From contig NW_014040319.1 in assembly GCF_001186125.1 (NCBI RefSeq), positions 14,375 to 48,965 of the forward strand: a stretch of 34,591 nucleotides of DNA, given 5' to 3'. Below are positions 20,678-34,591 of this stretch, piece by piece. The DNA is from Sphaeroforma arctica JP610. Lineage: Eukaryota. The position numbers were made by a program, and so were the translations under genes. How positions within the stretch are numbered: position 1 is the first letter of the stretch; the number at the start of each line of letters is the position of its first letter. The notes below the pieces were generated by a model that was given only the letters and a program-made list of their open reading frames with translations, was not told the DNA's origin and did no database searches.

Positions 20678-21824
20678 TTGAGTACATACGGAATTGGAAA
20701 TTTCAAATTTGGAACCTTGTGTCTCAAGAGTAGATGGCTATTTAGTATTTACTCAAATGTAGCCTTCTAAATTATACATCATGTCAAAAACTCTATACGT
20801 CATATTTTCCGACATGTCGGACACGTTTAAAACATACACTATTTTTCGACATGTTTTTATCTTAGACCAGGCCACTATTTACAACAAACATAAATACCTA
20901 GCCTTTTAAAGTTCTATTATATTTCAATTTGAATTTATCTATAAGTCACGATGAGAAACATATTTGCATTAATTTATATATATATTATTTGTTCTTGTTT
21001 CTTAGATTGTCCATTCATCCTTGTACATAAATCTATAATAAAAAACACAAATAATACAATGTTTGAGTATTGCAGAATTTAGAATACAACAATTTTAATT
21101 AGTCAGTTTTACTAAAATCACTCCAAGTGATAAAGTATTGCTAAATACAGAAAAATGGTCAAGTACAGAGTATTAGATCGTATACCAAACAGGTGTTTAT
21201 TGGACATTGCTAAAACTGCAAAAGCGAATATGGCGTCCGAAAATTCAAAATAAGCGTTATTTATTTATTTTGTCAACATTTATGAAGGAGAAATGAATAG
21301 AATCAATAGATCCAACAGTGGAGTTTTGAAGGAATTTAGTTTGTTGTAATACGCAGAGAACTTTAAAAGAAATTATAAATATTTTCAAGCTTTCAGTGGA
21401 AGTACACGATTTTGACCGTACTTTATCGTCTTGAATTTATCGAATTACCATAGGAAATACAAGAAGTCATCAAGTATTGGCTTAATCTAAAAAGCTGACA
21501 TAGTAATATGCACAAGTAGAAGAGGGAGTAAATAGATCGTTCCGCTGTTTGCGATGTTTTGTACACACAACTAAAAACCAAAAAAAAAGACGCATAAAGT
21601 TTAAAAAATACATGATACGCTATAGCTTAGGTGCTGACTGCTGATAGCGAGGTTCCTATGTCCTACGAAACTACAACCTTGTAGCAGGTCTTGAAACATT
21701 CAACTGATCTGAGTGGGTCCATCAAAATGCTACATGCAAGCCACAAGCTTTTACTTTGAGTATTTAAACTAAACCTCAACGCCGACAAAGACATATACGA
21801 CAAGCACTGTCAAAATACACCAAA

Positions 21825-23717
21825 ATGTCAGCAATAAACCGGATTCTGCTATTGAGCATTGTATGTCTCGCAATGCACAATACAGAAGTATACGCTAGCA
21901 GCTACAAAAACCAGGTAACGTACAAAAGCCCCATTAAGTGTAAGGACTCGTACGTTGATTGTATTAGCCAGCACGAGCTCATCATGTGGAAAGAATGCTG
22001 TGCCAAGGGAGACTACTGTCAGGACTGGGTTCCGGATTGCAGTGTTCGTACCTGTTGTGAGAAAATAATCTATGACAAGCCCAAGACTTGTGAGAAGAGC
22101 AATGTGAAGTGCACGGCTGGTTTCGAACTCACTGGAGACCAGGAGTGCTGTGGAAAACAGAAGAGCTGTGCACCTGGGGTGAAGACTTGCAATCGCAATA
22201 CCTGTTGCGAAGAGAAGAAGTACGATCAACCCAAGAAATGTAAGGAGTCTGCTTTATTCTGTCCTAATGGTTTTGAGTTAATTGGAGGTCAGGAGTGTTG
22301 TGGAAAACAGAAGAGCTGTGAACCTGGGGTGAACACTTGCAACCGCAATACATGCTGCGAAGAGATAATCTATGACAAGCCCAAGAGGTGTGAGAAAAGC
22401 AATGTGAAGTGTAAGGCCGGCTTCGAGTTAATTGGAGGTCAGGAGTGTTGTGGAAAACAGAAGAGCTGTGAACCTGGGGTGAACACTTGCAACCGCAATA
22501 CATGCTGCGAAGAGATAATCTATGACAAGCCCAAGAGGTGTGAGAAAAGCAATGTGAAGTGTAAGGCCGGCTTCGAGTTAATTGGAGGTCAGGAGTGTTG
22601 TGGAAAACAGAAGAGCTGTGAACCTGGGGTGAACACTTGCAACCGCAATACATGCTGCGAAGAGATAATCTATGACAAGCCCAAGAGGTGTGAGAAAAGC
22701 AATGTGAAGTGTAAGGCCGGCTTCGAGTTAATTGAAGATCAGGAGTGCTGTGGAGAACAGAAGAGCTGTGCGCCTGGGGTGAAAACTTGCAACCGCAGTA
22801 CCTGTTGTGAAGAAAAGAAGTACGATCAGCCCAAAAAATGTAAGGAGTCTTCTGTCTCATGTCAGTATGGATTCGAGATGAATGGAAAGCAGGAATGTTG
22901 TGGCAAAAATATGAACTGTGAAGACGGTGTCCCAAAGTGCAACAAAAGCATTTGCTGTGACAAGAAGAAATATGAAGAACCCAAAAAGTGCAAAGAAACG
23001 AACATCGAATGCGATTATGGCTTCGATTTAGTTGGCAAGGAGGAGTGTTGCGCTGTCAATGGCTACTGCAAGCCTGGAGTGCCCAAGTGCAGTAAGTCCA
23101 CCTGCTGTGAGAAGCGAAGGTATGACCAGCCGACGAAGTGCAAGGATGATGGTGTTTACTGTGGTTACGGGTACGATCTAATAGGCCATCAGAAGTGTTG
23201 TACAAAGGGAGACTACTGTGAGCCTGGTCTGTCAGACTGTGATCGACACACTTGCTGTGAGAAAAAGAAATATGATTTGCCTAAGAAGTGCAAAGACTCA
23301 TCTGTGAAATGTGGACCTGATTATGATACCACCAATGAAAAGTGTTGCGAGAGAAATGATTATTGCCACCACAGTGTGCCCGAATGTAGCAAGAAAGTGT
23401 GCTGTGAGGAGAAGCCGTACTCACGACCTATCAAGTGTGCACATGCTGATGTACACTGTGGGCACGGGAAGACCAACTATCTTCAGAAGTGCTGCGCTGG
23501 CAATCATTGCGAACCAGGTGTGCCCAAATGCGACCAGGCCGCCTGCTGTAAGTATACCGGCCCAGTTGACCCGACAGGCAACTATTACAAGTGTGGTGAT
23601 ATCTCATCTCACAAGTGCAGTAATGGATATAAGCATGACACTGCATGCTGCCGGTACTCCAACAAATGTGGCGACTACGCTTCAATCAAGTGTGGCACTT
23701 CGCGCTGCTGCAAATAG
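21825..23717 (+). CDS. Secreted cysteine-rich tandem-repeat protein, 630 aa, single exon; function unknown, candidate wall or extracellular structural protein
   Basis: Uninterrupted ORF with signal-peptide-like start (MSAINRILLLSIVCLAMHNTEVYA). About 11 full ~50-aa repeats with consensus YDKPKKC-x5-C-x2-GFELxGxQECC-x5-CxPGVxxC-x4-CCE plus a degenerate last unit. AATAAA near 23809. Confidence 0.9.
   Translation: MSAINRILLLSIVCLAMHNTEVYASSYKNQVTYKSPIKCKDSYVDCISQHELIMWKECCAKGDYCQDWVPDCSVRTCCEKIIYDKPKTCEKSNVKCTAGFELTGDQECCGKQKSCAPGVKTCNRNTCCEEKKYDQPKKCKESALFCPNGFELIGGQECCGKQKSCEPGVNTCNRNTCCEEIIYDKPKRCEKSNVKCKAGFELIGGQECCGKQKSCEPGVNTCNRNTCCEEIIYDKPKRCEKSNVKCKAGFELIGGQECCGKQKSCEPGVNTCNRNTCCEEIIYDKPKRCEKSNVKCKAGFELIEDQECCGEQKSCAPGVKTCNRSTCCEEKKYDQPKKCKESSVSCQYGFEMNGKQECCGKNMNCEDGVPKCNKSICCDKKKYEEPKKCKETNIECDYGFDLVGKEECCAVNGYCKPGVPKCSKSTCCEKRRYDQPTKCKDDGVYCGYGYDLIGHQKCCTKGDYCEPGLSDCDRHTCCEKKKYDLPKKCKDSSVKCGPDYDTTNEKCCERNDYCHHSVPECSKKVCCEEKPYSRPIKCAHADVHCGHGKTNYLQKCCAGNHCEPGVPKCDQAACCKYTGPVDPTGNYYKCGDISSHKCSNGYKHDTACCRYSNKCGDYASIKCGTSRCCK
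22281..22735 (+). repeat. Three essentially identical 150-bp coding repeats inside the Cys-rich ORF
   Basis: ATTGGAGGTCAGGAGTGTTGTGG recurs at 22281, 22431 and 22581 with identical intervening sequence. Confidence 0.95.
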
Positions 23718-25636
23718 ACGTAATGTGTTTCTCTCTATATGACAATTTCAATTTTGTCGCTGCCAAGAGTTGCAGTCTACATCGAGTTAATGAGACGATC
23801 CAAATCGAAATAAAACCTATCTCTACAATTTGATTAGTATACATATTGGCGACGAGCCAAAGCAGGTTCTGAAGAGACTGTGGTTTCTTTTAAATATCGA
23901 TATGTTTTATGAACCCGCCATCGTAGTTTCAGAAGTATCTTAAACACCAAAGGTGTTGAATAAATATACTGAAAGAACAATCTGCCGCGCGTGGGTGCAG
24001 AGCCAACTTAAACCACCCCGTCGGTGTGATCAGAAAGTGAGTGTTTCGCTAAAGAAAGGTAGAATATCGTTCGCATGTACAGGGCATATCAATGACAACA
24101 CGAAAGAGAAGCCTTCTGAAAAGCACTACTGTTTCCATCTGAAAGTTCTGATACACGTGCTGAGATTAGAAAAATTACATTCCTCTCGATAGACGCCCCT
24201 GGTAGAAGCATAAAATTGGAAGGGGGATGGTCAGTAGTCATCAGGGGTGCGGCAATGAAATGATCGCGCGATCTAGACGAAACCTGGTGCGAGCAACACA
24301 TTCGATTTGAAACTTCATCATAAGGGGTTTATATGAACCGATAAGGTTTATGCCCATGTACTCCAACAGTCGGCCCGGTACCTCTGACTACAGTTAGATG
24401 GAGTGACAGAACAATTGAATATCTGGGGCACTGCATGTCTTACTCCGAGAAAGTTCTTCGATGAGCTTTTGTTGATGTGGTCTAGAAAGACCACCTGACC
24501 CTATTAAACAGGGGACGCAATATCCTAAAATTTCACATTTGCACTATAGTCTCTTGTCTGATTTTTCGACAGCAATGCAGTGGACTGTAAACAGGTTAAA
24601 AAATAAATAGAGAGGCAGTATCTGGTAGAGAGACTAACGACACCCATTCGTGCAGACATGAACTTCACACCGAACGGCTTTCAGGTCAAAGACGACGAGA
24701 CTAAATGTGGGTTGCTACTTGGTACTCGTCGCGCATTCTTAACCTAGTAGATTTTTGAAATATTGCCCCTTGCAGTGTAGACTACTTTAATGTGTAAGCG
24801 CATAATAAATGATATATCTGCGAAGTTCGATACTGTAGCATGCGTCACATATTCACTTCTTTCCGTCTCCAACTTGCCTGGTGATAGGCTCTGAAAAGCG
24901 TACGATAATATGGGGCCGACGCAGCGTGGAGCGACCATACTGTACAGCTCGTGTATGCACAGCTGACATCCGAGTGTTGTTTTACATGTGTTTGTGATTG
25001 ACTCGTACAAATGTGTGATAGGATTTTATTTTTCCGGTAATACATGTGATTTTGTGCTTGCCCGATAGTCTCGAATCCCACAATGTATATTCGCTGACCA
25101 TTCCCCGCCTTATAATCGGCATGAAGTCCTAATCATTTTGTCCCTGGAAACATGCGATACGCACCCACAGGTCGTGCCTACCCTTTCACGTCCCATTCAG
25201 ATGGCCAAAAGTGATACAACTCAGCTGCTTCTATACACTCGTGAACCTGCATTGGTCGTGTCTCTAACAGAACAACCCACCAGTCCCTTCTGCTGTGCTA
25301 CCGTTACGTCCAATCTTTTGATATATTCCCCTGCGGCCGAAGGAGTGACCGTGGATGTGGTAGATAAAAGGACTTGACTCACGCTATGGGCGCCATGATG
25401 TCGATGGGAGTCTGCCTTGCTAATGAAATTTAGAGAACCTAATCGGCTTATTAAACTCCCATGACCCGCTCTTTGGGTTTGCCATCATATACACACAGTC
25501 CAAACATACACTACTTCAGCGGTGATTCTTCCACGCCAATTTACAGGCTGCGCGCTCTCACCAATCACACGTATATCTACTCGGTGCACACGTGAGGATC
25601 AAGCGTCCCAGCGTATGCGAAAGTACGCTGCGTATG

Positions 25637-25835
25637 CGTGTACGTGTGCGTGCACATGTCCGTGTACGTGTACGTGTACGTGTACGTGTACGTGTACGTG
25701 TACGTGTACGTGTACGTGTACGTGTACGTGTACGTGTACGTGTACGTGTACGTGTACGTGTACGTGTACGTGTACGTGTACGTGTACGTGTACGTATACG
25801 TGAGCGTGTACATGTATGCGTACGTGTACGTGCAT
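25637..25835. repeat. (TGTACG)n hexanucleotide microsatellite
   Basis: More than 20 perfect copies plus degenerate flanks. Confidence 0.97.
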
Positions 25836-25927
25836 ACATGTGAACGTGCGGGAGTGAGGATGGAGTTATGTTGCCTACAACCAGAGGGACATTGCGCCTA
25901 GGACCGAGAACCGTCTCAGTAAACTAC

Positions 25928-31289
<5,362 letters not shown>

Positions 31290-31636
31290 GACTTAGATAT
31301 GTTATCGATAGCATCAAAAACACAGCTTCTATCCGTGATGGGTAGTGCATAGCGTTTTGATATATATTTAAAGTCGCAATTATGTACAGTACTTGCTTTT
31401 TAAATTTACACGATGACTTGACCGCAAGAAGCAATAGAGGTCAGGATTCCCCTGACGGCCTGACCCCACAGACTCACTGGGACATACATTTTTTTTTTCA
31501 AAACAAAATTTTAGAAGTGCCTGTACAGTCACGACAGTGTCTGTATAATAAGTACAAAAGTACATTTATGGATGTATTTATGTCCTGGAAATGTCGTTAC
31601 ATATACTCGAGGACTCTCTTGAGTGTCTCTCTAATA

Positions 31637-31737
31637 AATAGACTCGCACTACTACTAAATAGACTCGCACTACTACTAAATAGACTCGCACTACTACTAA
31701 ATAGACTCGCACTACTACTTAATAGACTCGCACTACA
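31637..31737. repeat. 21-bp tandem repeat, about 5 copies, upstream of the RCC1 gene
   Basis: AATAGACTCGCACTACTACTA repeated. Confidence 0.95.
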
Positions 31738-31938
31738 TGCACTCTCTCTCTATTTATTTATTTGGAGAGAGCGTCTATTCATTTATTTGTGTTTAAAATA
31801 AATAGGAGTGTGTAATCTATCGGTCGCCAGTACATGTCCCACACAGACATAAAACTGGTGCGTACGTGGAACTTCCCAATCTTTCTCACTCAGCAGCAAG
31901 TAAAGTGGCGAATTGTAGTACAATCCAGGAGTAGGTAA

Positions 31939-33171
31939 TCATGATTTTTCAAAATAGTCTAGGCTCGGAATATCCACACACGCACTGGGCAGCATATTGG
32001 GGTAAAGTGCACTAGGAGCCACTGGTTTTAGAACCTCTCCCAATGTTCCATCCTTCTTTTGGTCACTCAAGATATCTGTCAGTTTAAACAGCGTGTCCAA
32101 TTGGTCATCAAGTCGCATGTGGGAGGATGCGAACTCGTGCCCATTTAACGTTATATTCAGCAACTGCTCCTGCATATCAGCCAGTAACCACCGCCTACCA
32201 ACAGCATCCAGTGTGGCCACAGTCGCTGAGATGTAGTGCACATTCGCAAGCATCCCAATCTTGTGCAAATACGGCTCCATATACTCATCCATAATCAGGG
32301 CTGTTCCACTGGCCATGATCTCGAATGTCTTGGCCAGCAAGTAGGGCCGGTCTTTGTCCTGAGGACAGGTGCCACCCAGAGCCAACTTATACTTGCCGAT
32401 GTGATCTGCATATGCTGATGCTTGTTCGCGTGCATGCCCTCCTATGTAGCCCATATGCTCACGCCTCTCAAATACATCGGATTGGTCTGCTATCAGCTCT
32501 ACCGCCTTCGCTCTCAAAGGGTACCACTCTACACCTGAGGCACCGGAGACAAGCACCCTGTTCCATTTCTGATTAAAGTGTTTCACTATACCTCCCGTGT
32601 TTCGTGTATAGAACACATCTGCGGCGGTTTGGTAGTAATTGTAGCAGGGTTTCGTTTGGGTGTGGTTGAAGACAAAGTTTGTGAGGGCTTCCGGATATCG
32701 TGGAAGGTTCAAGTCGACCCATGCCTGTGCATCTCTCGCCGGTCTAATAGCCGAGTCAAAGTTTAAATCCTCAGATATCATTACCTTTATTGCGTTGTGT
32801 TCCGCTGCATCTCTCCAGAACTCGATAAAGTATGCAGGTACCATGTACAACAACACATGTGTAACCTCCTTTGGGATGGTATCTGAAAGCGCCAAGTCTT
32901 CGTAGTATATCACCTGGAATCCCTCCTCCCTCGCACGTTCTATGTACCGATGGAAGAAGTATATAGGCGAGTCTGCGACCATCTTCAAAGTGAAGAAAGC
33001 CTTCTTGGAGGTGAATTGGTATGGCTTGGTGTGGCTTAACTCTTGCGAATTTGTTTCTATAATAGTAGAGCTACCAATTTCATGCTGCTTCAGTGAAGCG
33101 ATACATACTGTATACAGAAATACAACGCCCAAAAAGCGCAGTGCCAACAAAACTGCCGCTTTTGAGATCAT
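31939..33171 (-). CDS. Intronless type II membrane protein with CgeB/YkvP-like (Glyco_trans_1_2, GT-B) glycosyltransferase domain
   Basis: Long open frame, open up to 33321; likely start MISKAAVLLALRFLGVVFLYTVCIA (signal anchor) at 33171. C-terminal motif series VLVSGASG..WYPLR...HMGY...YADHIGKYKLAL...YLLAKTFEIMASGTALI...VHYI matches the pattern I recall for this family. Confidence 0.7.
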   Translation of the reverse strand: MISKAAVLLALRFLGVVFLYTVCIASLKQHEIGSSTIIETNSQELSHTKPYQFTSKKAFFTLKMVADSPIYFFHRYIERAREEGFQVIYYEDLALSDTIPKEVTHVLLYMVPAYFIEFWRDAAEHNAIKVMISEDLNFDSAIRPARDAQAWVDLNLPRYPEALTNFVFNHTQTKPCYNYYQTAADVFYTRNTGGIVKHFNQKWNRVLVSGASGVEWYPLRAKAVELIADQSDVFERREHMGYIGGHAREQASAYADHIGKYKLALGGTCPQDKDRPYLLAKTFEIMASGTALIMDEYMEPYLHKIGMLANVHYISATVATLDAVGRRWLLADMQEQLLNITLNGHEFASSHMRLDDQLDTLFKLTDILSDQKKDGTLGEVLKPVAPSALYPNMLPSACVDIPSLDYFEKS

Positions 33172-34421
33172 ATTATCGTCTATGTGTATGTGTGTGCGTT
33201 TGAGTAGGACGATCGACCAGCCTTCACGACATACAATGATTGGGTAAGATTCTATAGTAACTTGATGTAAACACAGTCCACCGAAATATTCTAAAGGAAT
33301 TGGTTTGATGTGTACTTGCATACATTTGTGAAACCTGCGTTTCCAACGTTGTTTTTTGTGTGTCTCTAGATGTATCTCTTATTAAAATCAATCACTTGCA
33401 CAATCGCTCCTAAGACTTTGGGGCGACAAATTTGCTGATATGGTTGTGCGCAAACCTGCATATATTCCGAGCTGCAATACAATGGTGTGCCCCCATATAG
33501 AGACGTACGCCGCTAATAGCTATTTCATTAGTTGTGATGGATTGCACAAATACTTCACAAACATGTGGTGTATATCATACCGCTATATAACTTTTTGCGC
33601 TATCCGTTCTTCGTCAAACATCTTGCGGCGTAAGCGCTGAACCATACACACGGTGCAAAACTGCAATGCGATATCGTGCATATATACGATTATTATCTAT
33701 GTTTAAAAAGAGTTTATATTATATATATGTACCTGTCATAATTTTAACGTGACTTTGATTTTTTGGATATACCATAGGAGCGAGCACTTTAGCGAGCTAT
33801 TTTAATTAATTTGATTGAGGCAAAGGGAGAAAAAGGAAGAGGGCGTATCCATTCTCACTTATTCCATTCGACAAATAAATATCAAATGTTTTGACACATG
33901 TTTCTCAGTTTCTGTTGTTTGATGTTTCACAAGTATTTAAATTTATAACAAATTGATCGTCAAATCAGACAAATCCTCTTGTTGACTGTTGACCTGTCAC
34001 AGGCTGTCAGCTGTTGCCCGCCCGTTGACACTTGACAGTATGTATGTATATATACCTATTTTTTTTCAACAAAACCCAAACAAAATATTTAGACGAAGGC
34101 AATATAATCAACAATAGTACTACACACAAAAATACTCTCTTGTAAATATTCATTTCACACCACCCAAAAATTTGGAAAAGAACTTCATGGCGACAAAGAC
34201 CGACGCGTAGCGATCCATTCGGTATGCCTATATCTCATATATTATGACGGACCTGACTATCTCAATTTCGATCCTGAAATCCACAACGCAAGTAATGGCA
34301 TCAACCGCGCATCAACTCTCGTCCTTCAACAACACAGTACACACGAAAAGTCAAACTGAATGGCAGCAAGTCGAGCAAATAAAAATAAGTTACAAAAAAA
34401 ATTTGAACGTATACACATTAA

Positions 34422-34441
34422 ATATATCTATATCTATATCC

Positions 34442-34531
<90 letters not shown>

Positions 34532-34591
34532 ATATATATATATATATATACTACGTACAAACACACACGCGACACGCACACACACACACAC
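34422..34591. repeat. (TA)n/(TCTA)n/(CA)n microsatellite
   Basis: Directly visible. Confidence 0.95.

Noticed and set aside
22264..22935. 223-aa antisense ORF
   Set aside because: Shadow of the 150-bp coding repeats on the opposite strand.
31382..31801. 139-aa ORF with NRLALLL repeats
   Set aside because: Explained by the 21-bp tandem repeat in intergenic DNA.

Overview
Intron-rich eukaryotic DNA with GT-AG introns, many micro- and minisatellites and one assembly gap (2705-3379). The overall style suggests a unicellular opisthokont such as an ichthyosporean, but that is inference only. Hand splicing with consistent phases gives three multi-exon genes: (1) a 5'-incomplete + strand EF-hand plus PX-domain gene (1168-8980); (2) a + strand RluA-family, RPUSD2/Rib2-like pseudouridine synthase (10475-16533); (3) a - strand RCC1-repeat gene resembling fungal FMP25 (31289-25928). 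There are also two intronless ORFs: a secreted 630-aa protein made of 50-aa, 8-Cys repeats (21825-23717) and a membrane-anchored CgeB/YkvP-like glycosyltransferase (about 33171-31939). Not evident from the ORF track are a decayed - strand gene for a second Cys-repeat secreted protein (about 18358-16920), head-to-head with the intact one across an AT-rich spacer, and a ~200-nt G-U-rich intronic hairpin (about 14098-14295) that could be a pri-miRNA or a MITE. All family calls are by eye from motifs; no searches were run.
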